IMG/VR virus record: IMGVR_UViG_3300045988_154761
Span: 96,001-160,000 of that record
DNA length: 64,000 nucleotides
Direction: 5' to 3' (one strand)
Source of the DNA: a virus
In this document: one piece after another, positions 7,607 to 16,214 of the stretch
Layout of the letters: each line of letters starts with the position of its first letter
Position numbering within the stretch: position 1 is the first letter of the stretch
Notes under the pieces: generated by a model
Told to the model about the DNA's origin: nothing
What the model saw: the letters and a program-made list of their open reading frames with translations, nothing else
The model's database searches: none
Program-made: the position numbers and the translations under genes

Positions 7607-7866
7607 GAAACGGAAACAATGATATTTATAGTGACATTTTCTTCCAATATTTGAATGAGAATGAAGAGAAGATGATTAATGAAACCGCTTCTAAGATGGA
7701 AGAACGAAATCCGATTCTTTATCCTAAAGATGTTTCAGTAGCAATTTTGAAATCCATCTATAGTGATTATAAGAAATATCTTTATGAGCACGGATATACT
7801 TTTAAGAAAGAATACTTAGAAGAATACTTTAAAAATTTATCAGAAGAAATTTTAAAAAGTACTTGA
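7597..7866 (+). CDS. hypothetical protein (89 aa)
   Basis: track ORF; its TGA stop lies inside the next promoter -35. Confidence 0.65.
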   Translation: MPIRNGNNDIYSDIFFQYLNENEEKMINETASKMEERNPILYPKDVSVAILKSIYSDYKKYLYEHGYTFKKEYLEEYFKNLSEEILKST

Positions 7867-7891
7867 CAAGATGATGAGTATGTGGTATACT
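7863..7891 (+). promoter_or_regulatory. sigma70/sigmaA-like promoter ahead of tRNA-Arg and tRNA-Gln
   Basis: TTGACA 7863-7868, 17 nt, TGG-TATACT (7886-7891). Confidence 0.7.
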
Positions 7892-7932
7892 TAAGATGTA
7901 GTTGAGATAAGAAATAAGTAAATCTTTGATAT

Positions 7933-8007
7933 GTGGACGTAGTTTAATGGCTAAAACGGTGGCCTCCGGTTCCGCAGATAGGGTTTCGATTACCCCCGTC
8001 CACTCCA
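7933..8007 (+). tRNA. tRNA-Arg(CCG)
   Basis: acceptor GTGGACG/CGTCCAC, loop CTCCGGT, T loop TTCGATT, CCA; one mismatch each in the anticodon and T stems. Confidence 0.7.
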
Positions 8008-8058
8008 GAAAAACAAATGTCTCTCTCTTGTAGACAGACAAGATTTCCTTTTTTGTGT

Positions 8059-8165
8059 ACTTCGTGGTGGTAACAGTACGATAAATAAAATAAGCCATGT
8101 CCTGTCGGACTCAGAAATGAGATGGATGTCCTCTGTGGAGAATCGGGATTCAGGGGCGAAGTACA
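8059..8165 (+). ncRNA. unclassified ~107 nt structured element between tRNA-Arg and tRNA-Gln
   Basis: 8 bp closing helix GTACTTCG (8059-8066)/CGAAGTAC (8158-8165); internal hairpins GTCC-TGTC-GGAC and CCAT...ATGG. Confidence 0.35.
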
Positions 8166-8172
8166 AAAATAT

Positions 8173-8246
8173 TGAGCATTAGAATAATGGTAGTTCATTA
8201 GGCTTTGACCCTAATGGTGGGGGTTCGAATCCCTCATGCTCAGCCA
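8173..8246 (+). tRNA. tRNA-Gln(TTG)
   Basis: acceptor TGAGCAT/ATGCTCA (U1:A72), anticodon arm TTAGG-CTTTGAC-CCTAA, G73, CCA. Confidence 0.85.
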
Positions 8247-8260
8247 ATTAAAGGAGATAT

Positions 8261-9232
8261 ATGGATATTTTAATTGATTAGTACACAAAAGAAGAGTTAT
8301 AGCAAATTTTAAATAATAGTTCTTCTTATTCTGACGCTTTAAGAAAATTAGGATATAATTCTACATCAAACGCTAATCGTCGGCATTTAAAGAGAATTAT
8401 AAAAGAAAAAAACTTAGAAGTTAATTTTCTTCCAAAGACATACATAAAGAAATTATCTGATGAAGAAATTTTCAAAGAAGATTCTCATGTTAGTTAGAGT
8501 TGTGTGCGAGAACATTTTTTAGCTTTAAATATAGTTGAGTATAAATGTTCTATATGTGGATAGGAACCGTTTTGGAATGGAAAACCTTTAACTTTAACAT
8601 TAGACCACATTAATGGTAAAAACCGAGATAACAGACTTGATAATTTAAGGTGGGTTTGTCCTAATTGCGATAGATAGCTTCCTATTTTTGGGCGGAAAAA
8701 TAAAACAGAGTTAAAAAAGAAGAAGTTAAAAAAATTTGATTTGGTAAAAAACAACAAACCAAAATCTTACAAAAAATATTTTAAAATTTACAAAGATAAC
8801 AAAAGATTTTGTTTGGGTTGTGGAAAAGAAATTACCAATAATTCTCTATATTGTTTTGATTGTGCTAATAAGCATAGAAGAAAACAAAAAGATAGACCAA
8901 CCAAAGAAGAGTTAGAAAAAATGTTAAAAGAAGAAAAGGGTAATTTTTCAAAAATAGCTAACCAATTTGGTATTTCTGATAATGCAGTTAGAAAATGGTG
9001 TAATAATTATGGTTTATCCTGTAAATCATCTGCTTATAAAGCACCAAAAAAAGAAAAACAACAACGAATTGAGAAACCTGTAAAGCAATTAGATTTAAAT
9101 GGTAATTTAATTAAAAGCTATTCTTCTATTAATCAAGCTTATGTTGAAACTAAAATAGAGCATATTTCTCAATGTGCGAACGGGTTAAGGAAAACAGCTC
9201 GGGGTTATAATTGGGAATTTGAAAAAGATTAA
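8261..9232 (+). CDS. HNH homing endonuclease with C-terminal HTH/NUMOD-like modules; 5 in-frame TAG
   Basis: ATG after AAGGAGA; frame checked end to end (TAG only); LDHINGKNRDNRLDNLRWVCPNCDR-TAG-LP; the track ORF 8741-9232 is its 3' part. Confidence 0.8.
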
Positions 9233-9251
9233 AAATTTTTTAACAATTAAC

Positions 9252-9373
9252 GTAGACGCTTACAGCAAACAATAATAAAATCAAATTCTATTAAAAAAGA
9301 TTTAGGGTATTGTTCCTTGCTAATTAGTTTATGATGCTTTCATGATTCTCCTTTGTTAGTATTATGCGTCTAG
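9252..9373 (+). ncRNA. ACAGCAA closing-helix element, copy E7
   Basis: TAGACGC (9253-9259) pairs with GCGTCTA (9366-9372); ACAGCAA 9262-9268; no T arm in the core. Confidence 0.55.
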
Positions 9374-9380
9374 TTTATAA

Positions 9381-9447
9381 GTGCCGTACCAAGGTTGGAG
9401 TCACTCGACGGAGGGCTTAAGAAGGGGTTCGAATCCCCCACGGTGCA
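9381..9447 (+). ncRNA. tRNA-like fragment (acceptor-like stem plus T arm, no foldable D or anticodon arms, no CCA)
   Basis: GTGCCGT/ACGGTGC stem and GGGG-TTCGAAT-CCCC; the middle 36 nt do not fold as a cloverleaf. Confidence 0.3.
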
Positions 9448-9503
9448 AGATTGAATTGTTTGGAGTACTACAAACAAGATGGTAAGTTATTGATGATTTA
9501 AAA

Positions 9504-9568
9504 GTAAACCCTTACAGCAATTTAACTATTTAATTTTTGCTTGAAAAAAGATTAAGGATAGGGTTTAG
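9504..9568 (+). ncRNA. ACAGCAA closing-helix element, copy E8 (short form)
   Basis: TAAACCCT (9505-9512) pairs with AGGGTTTA (9560-9567); ACAGCAA 9514-9520. Confidence 0.55.
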
Positions 9569-9584
9569 TCCTGTAATGTTGAAA

Positions 9585-9671
9585 GTAGACACTAACAGCA
9601 ATTAAAATAAAAATACTGGGAAATATATTTAATTGGAATAAATACTTTTTTAGATTTTTAAAGTGTCTAGG
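9585..9671 (+). ncRNA. ACAGCAA closing-helix element, copy E9 (short form)
   Basis: TAGACAC (9586-9592) pairs with GTGTCTA (9663-9669); ACAGCAA 9595-9601. Confidence 0.6.
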
Positions 9672-9680
9672 ATTTTATAT

Positions 9681-9816
9681 GGGGATGTATCTCAATTGGT
9701 CAGAGGGCCCGACTTATGTTTTAGTAGTTTAAAAGTAAAACTTTTAATGCAAGTGCAAGACTTGTCTAAAACACCAAATCGGGAAGTTGAGTGTTCGAGC
9801 CACTCCATTCCCACCA
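9681..9816 (+). tRNA. tRNA gene with a 59 nt insertion in the anticodon loop (Ile-UAU if excised at 37/38)
   Basis: acceptor GGGGATG/CATTCCC, D arm TCTC-AATTGGTCA-GAGG, anticodon stem CCCGA (9708-9712)/TCGGG (9779-9783) separated by 66 nt starting CTTATG, T arm GAGTG-TTCGAGC-CACTC, CCA. Confidence 0.65.
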
Positions 9817-9837
9817 ACGGTAGCAAATTCAAATAAA

Positions 9838-9907
9838 GTAGACTCTTACAGCAATTACTTAGAGACTTGTGATTTGGGATTACATATGTTTTGAAAAATG
9901 AGTCTAG
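9838..9907 (+). ncRNA. ACAGCAA closing-helix element, copy E10 (short form)
   Basis: TAGACTC (9839-9845) pairs with GAGTCTA (9900-9906); ACAGCAA 9848-9854. Confidence 0.6.
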
Positions 9908-9915
9908 CTTTATTA

Positions 9916-9992
9916 GCGCCTGTAGTCTAATTGGATAAAACCGCACTCTTCTAAAGTGTATCTTATGAGTTCGAATCTCGTCAGGCGTGCCA
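9916..9992 (+). tRNA. tRNA-Arg(TCT)
   Basis: acceptor GCGCCTG/CAGGCGT, anticodon arm GCACT-CTTCTAA-AGTGT, T arm ATGAG-TTCGAAT-CTCGT, CCA. Confidence 0.8.
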
Positions 9993-10018
9993 ATGAAGTT
10001 TCAAACTTCATTTAATTT
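9993..10018 (+). terminator. intrinsic terminator-like hairpin
   Basis: ATGAAGTT-TCA-AACTTCAT followed by a T-rich tract. Confidence 0.55.
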
Positions 10019-10022
10019 ATTA

Positions 10023-10333
10023 TTGCGGAGTAGTGTAACGGTTAGCACAGCGGTCTTGAATTAGGGACTCCTATTTGGAAACGAATAGGTAATAAAGAGG
10101 GCTAAAACGGTTGACATCTTATTATTAAGTTAGTAAGACTATCCCGTGCTAAATCAGTTCAAAAAACTGTAAATGTGTAGAGAGCATAGACTCTCCACCT
10201 AAACCGAAAGGCAAGGTGATAATGTGCTCCAGACTACAACGATTTTTATCGGCTATGGTGACATAGAGTAGCAAGCTAAAACCGTACCATTCTGAGTGGG
10301 TTAGATTGAGTTCGAATCTCAACTCCGCTGCCA
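10023..10333 (+). tRNA. split tRNA gene interrupted by a 220 nt group I-like intron; predicted spliced anticodon CTA (amber suppressor), alternative TGA
   Basis: 5' part TGCGGAG-TA-GTGT-AACGGTTA-GCAC-A-GCGGT-CT (10023-10055); 3' part CTAAA-ACCGT, 20 nt variable region, TTGAG-TTCGAAT-CTCAA-CTCCGCT-G-CCA (10276-10333). Confidence 0.55.
10056..10275 (+). ncRNA. group I-like intron candidate inside the split tRNA
   Basis: 5' exon ends in U, intron ends in G; P1 GGTCT (10051-10055) with GGACT (10064-10068) including the U:G pair; P10 TTAG (10060-10063) with CTAA (10276-10279); P2 CCTATT/AATAGG; R-like TCCAGACTACAA (10228-10239); GAAA-capped hairpin; the P3/P7 core was not resolved. Confidence 0.45.
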
Positions 10334-10438
10334 ATTTAAAAGTAAAGGGAACATTGGAGTAATTAACCAATGAGATAATGATACCTTCGCTGTCAAGCTT
10401 TACTTTTTTTAAATAAATCTGTGAAGGAGATTTTGTTT

Positions 10439-11410
10439 ATGCAAGGAAGTATTTATATTATTCATAATTCAATAAACGATAAAAAGTATATTGGATAGAC
10501 TTCAAGAACAGTTGAAATTCGTTGGAAAGAGCATTTACAAGAAGCTCAAAATTTAGATTGCCATTATGCAATTTATAATGCTATAAGAAAATATGGGGTT
10601 GAAAATTTTTGGGTAGAAGAAATAGAAAAATGTGAAACGAAAGATTTAGATGAAAGAGAAAAATATTGGATAAAATATTATAATTCTTTTAAAAAAGGTT
10701 ATAATTCAACTCTTCGGGGAACCACAAATTTCAATTGTTTTTATAATAAATTAACTTTTGAAAATTCAAACTGTGTTTTTGATTCAATAGAGAATTTTTC
10801 AAGAATATATAGTTAGTATCATAATATATCATTGAGTCAAGTAAAAGACAAAATATTAAGAGCAATAAATAATGATAAAACTTTTTATGGTAAAAAGCCT
10901 GTAATTTTAAATTGGGATGTAGATGTATCTTCAGATAAAGACAAAGAAAAATTTGTTAAATAGTTTGAAGATATATATTAGAATAAAAGTGTAAGATGTA
11001 TTGAACTTAAAAAAAATTTTAATACTGTTGGGCAAGCGGCAAAGTATTTTGTTGAAAAAGAAATATATACTGGAAAATCTAGTAATCCTCTTCAAGCTGT
11101 TACAGTTTTAATTACTAAATCAATAAAAGACAATAAAGCTTGTAAATCTTTGAATAATTATCACTTTAAATATACATAGAAAAATAAAAAGATATTAAAC
11201 AAATCCTCTTTAAATCCTTATCAAAAAGTTCCAGTAAAATGTAATGAATTGAATTTAGTTTTTAATTCATAGGTTGAAGCTGCTTAGTATATGATAGATA
11301 ACAAATTGTGGGATGTTAGTTTAAAAACTGCACGATTAAGAATAACTGACTTAGTAAATAATAAGATAGAAAAATATAAAGGTTATTCTTTTTGTAAAAT
11401 ACAAACTTAA
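10439..11410 (+). CDS. GIY-YIG homing endonuclease with repeated NUMOD/IENR-like DNA-binding modules; 7 in-frame TAG
   Basis: ATG after GAAGGAGA; all 323 codons checked, TAG is the only interruption; GSIYIIHNSINDKKYIG-TAG-TSRTVEIRWKEH, KYWIKYYNS. Confidence 0.85.
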
Positions 11411-11444
11411 ATTAAAAGACAAAAATTAAAGGAGACAAAAAATT

Positions 11445-11900
11445 ATGTGTGACAACTGCAAGAATGACATTTCCCGACCGTCTAACTCTTCCATTGCTTA
11501 TGGTGTTTATGAGAGTGGTGGCGTAGTCAAGGCTGAGGTAACTGATACTGCATTTGATGCAATGCATGTTATTACTCGTCTTTGTGAAAAGGCTGATATG
11601 AAGACTATTTCTCTTGAAGGCATTTGGGAGAACACTCTTCTTGAAAACAGCTATCGTGGTAAGGCAAAGGTAAACCATGCTGATGGTGATAAGTTCGTTG
11701 AGGACATTGGTAAGGAGTTTGCTCGTGGCAAGGCTCTTGAAAAGTATCATCGAGCATTTGACCGTAAGATTCTTGCAATGCTTCTTGATGCACGAGTTCT
11801 GGTTGCAACCATTGAACATTATTGTGCCAAGAAGAGTATCAACACTGAAAAGATTCCTTCGATTGAAGCGATTTCCAAGAAGCGCTTTGGTTGTAAGTAA
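11445..11900 (+). CDS. hypothetical protein (151 aa)
   Basis: ATG after AAAGGAGA; followed by a terminator. Confidence 0.75.
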   Translation: MCDNCKNDISRPSNSSIAYGVYESGGVVKAEVTDTAFDAMHVITRLCEKADMKTISLEGIWENTLLENSYRGKAKVNHADGDKFVEDIGKEFARGKALEKYHRAFDRKILAMLLDARVLVATIEHYCAKKSINTEKIPSIEAISKKRFGCK

Positions 11901-11952
11901 TCAATAATAAAAAGTAGTTCGTTTAAAATTTTCATAAATTCACTCCAAAAAG

Positions 11953-11984
11953 AGGAAGAGGTCAAATGGCTTCTTCCTTTTTTT
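11953..11984 (+). terminator. intrinsic terminator
   Basis: AGGAAGA (11953-11959)/TCTTCCT (11972-11978) followed by TTTTTT. Confidence 0.65.
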
Positions 11985-12016
11985 ACACGTTTTTGAAAGA
12001 AACTTTTAATAAACAC

Positions 12017-12045
12017 TTGACAAGAAAAAAGATGTATGGTAATAT
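12017..12045 (+). promoter_or_regulatory. sigma70/sigmaA-like promoter
   Basis: TTGACA 12017-12022, 17 nt, TGG-TAATAT (12040-12045). Confidence 0.7.
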
Positions 12046-12071
12046 TTAAACAAATAGAAAGGAGAGTTGAT

Positions 12072-12485
12072 ATGGCAATTAATAGTTCTATTACATATGG
12101 AGAAGTTGAGGAATTCTTCTCTACTCTTATGTCTCCTGAGATTCCTAAGATGCGTAAATATTATGTCTATGGGATGTATCAGAAAGAACAGGAAAATGAA
12201 AAGAAAGTTGCTGAGTTTGAAAAAGCCGCAGGAGGAACTAAGGGTACTTGGCGTTATTTTGGTACGATGATTGGCGAGGATATGTGTGTTCTTACCCTTA
12301 CTCAGCGTGAAGATACAGAATATTATTTTCCTGCTTATAAAGACAAAGACGGGAAAATTCATGTTGGTCTTGAAGGCTACAAAGAATTTGATTTTGCAGT
12401 TCTTGCTTGTGTAGCTTATAAGTATACAAATTCTACAAATTCAATTCCTTGGATTTGCAAATTAATTGATAAAGAGGTAAATTAA
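12072..12485 (+). CDS. hypothetical protein (137 aa)
   Basis: ATG 12072 after AAAGGAGAG; the longer track start (12036) lies inside the promoter. Confidence 0.7.
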   Translation: MAINSSITYGEVEEFFSTLMSPEIPKMRKYYVYGMYQKEQENEKKVAEFEKAAGGTKGTWRYFGTMIGEDMCVLTLTQREDTEYYFPAYKDKDGKIHVGLEGYKEFDFAVLACVAYKYTNSTNSIPWICKLIDKEVN

Positions 12486-12851
12486 ATGCGTAAGCTTAAT
12501 ACGATTCAGAAGAGGAACAACCTTAATACTGTGTATGCAGTAGATGAAAAGGGCATTGGTAATGCCAATCATGTTTACAATGTTGTTGTAACTGATGGTC
12601 AGGGTAATGAGACTCCCTATTCTATTGCTTTCCAGAATGGCCCTCGCAAGGAAATGGATTCAATTCATGGACTTCTTGACACAGACCTTCTTGAGATTGT
12701 TCGTGACCGTCTTCAGGGTTTTCAGTCTGGCGAGTTTGCTTGTCGTGAGAATGCGATTGCACTTACTCATCTCGAAGAGTGTTTGCTCTGGATGGACAAG
12801 AGAGTTGAAGACCGTGCAGAACGTGGAGTACTTGGTACTTCTAATAAGTAA
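12486..12851 (+). CDS. hypothetical protein (121 aa)
   Basis: abuts the previous stop; well-formed globular sequence, family not recognised. Confidence 0.7.
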   Translation: MRKLNTIQKRNNLNTVYAVDEKGIGNANHVYNVVVTDGQGNETPYSIAFQNGPRKEMDSIHGLLDTDLLEIVRDRLQGFQSGEFACRENAIALTHLEECLLWMDKRVEDRAERGVLGTSNK

Positions 12852-12856
12852 TTAAG

Positions 12857-13297
12857 ATGGATAGAAATAATCTTACTGTAATTAAAGGGGGGAAGGATGA
12901 AAATTCTTCTCCTTCTTTAGAAAATAGACCAATTCCAAAGTGCAAATTCTGTTCTCAGCCAATGATTGCTGGAGAGAAAGATACCTATTATTGCACTTGT
13001 AAGAATTATTTGTCTTATTTACGTTTATTAGAGCAAATGCAAAAGTTAGAAGAGACTTATAAAACCAATATGGCTACTTATCAATCTATTGCTCAAAAGC
13101 TTTTGCAGGACTCTGATTACTATAAAAAGGTAATTGCTCTTACAAGAAAGAGACAGGAAGAAGAAAAAGAAGAAAAAAATAATCCTAAGAAGCCAGTAAA
13201 GGTAATTGATTTTACAGAAATAAACAATAATAAAAACAAGACAAAAGCTGAGAACGATGATATTTTAGGATATTATTGGTTTCCTCCAATTAACTAA
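12857..13297 (+). CDS. hypothetical protein with N-terminal zinc ribbon and Lys/Glu-rich tail
   Basis: CKFC...CTC motif. Confidence 0.7.
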   Translation: MDRNNLTVIKGGKDENSSPSLENRPIPKCKFCSQPMIAGEKDTYYCTCKNYLSYLRLLEQMQKLEETYKTNMATYQSIAQKLLQDSDYYKKVIALTRKRQEEEKEEKNNPKKPVKVIDFTEINNNKNKTKAENDDILGYYWFPPIN

Positions 13298-13339
13298 ATT
13301 ATTAATAAAACAAAGTAAAAAGAAAGGAGACAAAGAAAT

Positions 13340-13621
13340 ATGCCCCAGTGGGAAAGATGGCAAGGAGAATTGCTTCACAGTCTCCAAGATATTACAACAT
13401 ATAGTCATTTAGGACTTGTATTTACTTTAATTCCAAACGATGAAATTTCTATAGACCAAGAAGAAAAAGATTTGCATTTGTCAATTAAAGCAATGGTTTA
13501 TAAGAAATATTATAATTCTATTTCGCCCCCAAGATGGACTTGGAATGATTCTTTAGCATCTGCAAAAAACAATTTAATGGTATTTATCAATGAATGGTTA
13601 AAGAGAAGGGGGTTATTGTAA
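13340..13621 (+). CDS. hypothetical protein (93 aa)
   Basis: ATG after AAAGGAGA. Confidence 0.65.
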   Translation: MPQWERWQGELLHSLQDITTYSHLGLVFTLIPNDEISIDQEEKDLHLSIKAMVYKKYYNSISPPRWTWNDSLASAKNNLMVFINEWLKRRGLL

Positions 13622-13992
13622 TACAAACGATGGAAAGTAATAATAAAAAGCTGCATGGTATTTTAGGATTAATTCTTAATGCTTTTTACTTTTTTATTGG
13701 AGCCCATTATTTAACTACTTGTCATACGACAAGTATATTGTCGTATATTGTTTTAGTAATAGCTTTCTCTGTTTATATTGGATATTGTTATACTTTTGGC
13801 GTTAAATGGGAGATTAAGCATATTCAATACAACGAAGAGAAAATTGAAAACATAGAAAAGAAAATTAAAACAATGGAGAAGAGTATCAATTATCTTATGG
13901 AACACTCTCCTTTAGATGAGGAAAAATATAATAGATATTTAGATATTTCTGAACAAGAGGGATTTGACCCAATTACACATCAGCGACTTTAA
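13594..13992 (+). CDS. membrane protein (2 predicted TM helices); start uncertain (13594 or 13630)
   Basis: hydrophobic stretches LGLILNAFYFFIGAHYL and ILSYIVLVIAFSVYIGYCY. Confidence 0.55.
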   Translation: MVKEKGVIVIQTMESNNKKLHGILGLILNAFYFFIGAHYLTTCHTTSILSYIVLVIAFSVYIGYCYTFGVKWEIKHIQYNEEKIENIEKKIKTMEKSINYLMEHSPLDEEKYNRYLDISEQEGFDPITHQRL

Positions 13993-14021
13993 AAAAATTT
14001 TGAAAAGTATGTAATAAGTAC

Positions 14022-14050
14022 TTGACAAAATGAAAGTTAAGTGCTATTAT
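14022..14050 (+). promoter_or_regulatory. sigma70/sigmaA-like promoter
   Basis: TTGACA 14022-14027, 17 nt, TGC-TATTAT (14045-14050). Confidence 0.7.
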
Positions 14051-14329
14051 ATAACTAAGCTAAAGGTAACACTTTAGCGAACTAGAAAAGGCTTAAGACA
14101 AGATGTAGCAAGCATTCAATAATTGATTTGGTTGTAAGGCGTTTCACCAACGCAGATTGCTACGACGAACTAAACTTGCTTAAAGGTAGCGGGAGCAATC
14201 CTCTAAAAGATTTCCGATGGTGGTTTGGAACTTCTATATTTGGAGTAAGAAGGTAAATGGATAAGGCAACATTCGTGTTAGCGTTTATCGTGTAGGAAAT
14301 TTTAGAGCAGATAAAAGAAGGGAAATACA
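14051..14329 (+). ncRNA. long (~280 nt) GC-elevated structured leader or ncRNA candidate
   Basis: ORF-free stretch between the promoter and the 14330 gene; helices GCTAAAG/CTTTAGC, GTAGCAA/TTGCTAC, TTGCT/AGCAA. Confidence 0.35.
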
Positions 14330-14692
14330 ATGTCTACTAAAATTTACGAAATCATTCCTTATGAAGTAGAAGCTTTGAAGTGGGAAAAAGATAATTGGAA
14401 CGAAGTTGTAGAATTCTTTAAAGCTCATAATACTGAAATTAAGAATATTATTAAATATTCTGAAAAGGCACTTGAAAGATTTAAAAATCTTAACAAAACT
14501 TGGTTTGAAAATAATCTTGATAATGAAGGTAGAAATGCTTTTGTTGCTTATAGACCAGAAGATGATTCTCATGATGAATATGAAGAATTTGTTGACCTTG
14601 GAGATTATTTTGTAATTGGAAAAGATGGTTTAGTTTATGTAAAACAGGGGCTCAATTTTGAAAAGATGTTTAGGGAGAAAGAAAATGTTTGA
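14330..14692 (+). CDS. hypothetical protein (120 aa)
   Basis: track ORF; ATG after GAAGGGAAA. Confidence 0.7.
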   Translation: MSTKIYEIIPYEVEALKWEKDNWNEVVEFFKAHNTEIKNIIKYSEKALERFKNLNKTWFENNLDNEGRNAFVAYRPEDDSHDEYEEFVDLGDYFVIGKDGLVYVKQGLNFEKMFREKENV

Positions 14693-15062
14693 AGTTAAGT
14701 TTCTTCGTCATAATAAAGCAAAATACAGAAGTAATGTTTCTCAAGAGTATTCTTTCAAGAAAACTTTTAATACTGTAACAGAGCTTATGCAGTATTTAGA
14801 TAAAGCTCCACGAACCTCTGTTTCAGTAGTTGATTATAGTGGTCTTAGTCATTCTGAATGGTATGCTTTTTGTCAAAAAAGACATCAGAAGATTTGGAAT
14901 GATAGACTTAAATATAAGAAAGAGCATCCTGAATTTTCTTGGATTGACCAATATCTTACACCTGAACATAAGAGATTAGAATTCTATAATTTGTTAAAAG
15001 GTGGAATGTCTGAACCTGCGCATAGACTTCCAAGGAAGTATTACAAGAAACATGATTTGTAA
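14685..15062 (+). CDS. hypothetical protein (125 aa)
   Basis: ATG 14685 after GGGAGA; overlaps the upstream stop by 8 nt. Confidence 0.7.
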   Translation: MFEVKFLRHNKAKYRSNVSQEYSFKKTFNTVTELMQYLDKAPRTSVSVVDYSGLSHSEWYAFCQKRHQKIWNDRLKYKKEHPEFSWIDQYLTPEHKRLEFYNLLKGGMSEPAHRLPRKYYKKHDL

Positions 15063-15081
15063 TTAAATTAACAAGTTGCTG

Positions 15082-15133
15082 CAAAGTTGTCAAGAAAAAA
15101 GTTTTTAGAACTTCTTGACAACTTTGTTTTTTT
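15082..15133 (+). terminator. intrinsic terminator whose 3' arm carries the next promoter -35
   Basis: 13 bp stem CAAAGTTGTCAAG (15082-15094)/CTTGACAACTTTG (15114-15126) followed by TTTTTTT. Confidence 0.65.
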
Positions 15134-15143
15134 ATGCTATACT
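15115..15143 (+). promoter_or_regulatory. sigma70/sigmaA-like promoter
   Basis: TTGACA 15115-15120, 17 nt, TGC-TATACT (15138-15143). Confidence 0.7.
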
Positions 15144-15175
15144 TTATTTATAAAAATATTCAAGGAGTTTTTGAA

Positions 15176-15421
15176 ATGGAAAAAACTTTTAATATTAAGT
15201 GTACCATGGAAGAAAGATGGATTGATTCTTTTCTTTCTATGTTACGTTATATGGAAGTCTGTGGAAAAATTGGACATTCTACTTTAATTGGTTTCTATAG
15301 TGATGGTGATGGAGATTTCCGACCTCTATTTGAGCCTGATGTACAATTTAATAGAGATGATGGCTATGTTCCTGAAAAGGATAGTGGCAAAATCCCTTCG
15401 AGGATTTATGATGCTGGCTAA
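15176..15421 (+). CDS. hypothetical protein (81 aa)
   Basis: ATG after CAAGGAG; the longer track start lies inside the promoter. Confidence 0.65.
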   Translation: MEKTFNIKCTMEERWIDSFLSMLRYMEVCGKIGHSTLIGFYSDGDGDFRPLFEPDVQFNRDDGYVPEKDSGKIPSRIYDAG

Positions 15422-15450
15422 AAGTTAGCCAAGATTGGAGACTTTAATGA

Positions 15451-15666
15451 TTGGAAGTATTGGAAAGTAAAACAGTTGTTCCTTTTACGCCAGAAGAATT
15501 TGCTGAAAGAGCACAAGAGATTGTAAATTTATGCCAAGGTGATGCAACTCTTTTAAATGGTTGGGGACATAGAGCGATGGATAGTTTAATGGAAGATGTG
15601 TTATGGTCTTTAGGTTTTGATAAGCGGATTGAAATTTTTGACCAGTTACGTCGGGTGAGGTATTAA
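15451..15666 (+). CDS. hypothetical protein (71 aa), TTG start
   Basis: TTG 9 nt after TTGGAGA; TAATG junction with the next gene. Confidence 0.5.
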   Translation: MEVLESKTVVPFTPEEFAERAQEIVNLCQGDATLLNGWGHRAMDSLMEDVLWSLGFDKRIEIFDQLRRVRY

Positions 15667-16214
15667 TGAAGCAACTTAGGAAAAATGTTTTTGAGACTAA
15701 TTCTTCAAGTGTTCATTCATTGAGTATTAGTAGTAAAGATAATTATGATTATACTCAGTTAGATGATTATATTGAAGAAGATTATGGCCACAATGGTTAC
15801 GGTAAGTATCTAAAATTAAATTTTGAAGCCTTTGGATGGGGTTGGGATTCTGATTTAGATGACAATAGCGCAATAGCTAAACTTGAATATATTTTAACTG
15901 CTATAACTTGTTTCCAAGGTTATAATGTTAATTGGAGCAGCAAAGAAGATAAAGAAGAAGCTATTAAAGAAGTTATGGAATCTGATGATTTCCAAAAGTT
16001 TGAAGATGATGTAAAGTACGCTCTTTCTAAGCATGATATTCACATTACAGGAATTGAAATTAGTCCTGATGAAGATGGTTATGTAGACCATCAAAGTCTT
16101 GATTATTATGTTTCTGATGGAATGTATTATATTTTTGCAAGAGATGGAATTACATTAGAAGATTATATTTTTAATAAATGTTATAGTTTGATTATCGACA
16201 ATGACAATCACTAA
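15666..16214 (+). CDS. FETNSSS-family protein, paralog 1 (function unknown)
   Basis: N-terminus MKQLRKNVFETNSSSVHSLSI; C-terminal GYVDHQS motif. Confidence 0.75.
   Translation: MKQLRKNVFETNSSSVHSLSISSKDNYDYTQLDDYIEEDYGHNGYGKYLKLNFEAFGWGWDSDLDDNSAIAKLEYILTAITCFQGYNVNWSSKEDKEEAIKEVMESDDFQKFEDDVKYALSKHDIHITGIEISPDEDGYVDHQSLDYYVSDGMYYIFARDGITLEDYIFNKCYSLIIDNDNH

Noticed and set aside
10111-10139. Promoter-like TTGACA-N17-TAAGAC inside the split-tRNA intron (13 nt identical to the 2662 promoter)
   Set aside because: The -10 is poor and the hexamer lies inside predicted intron helices. It is noted only as a curiosity.
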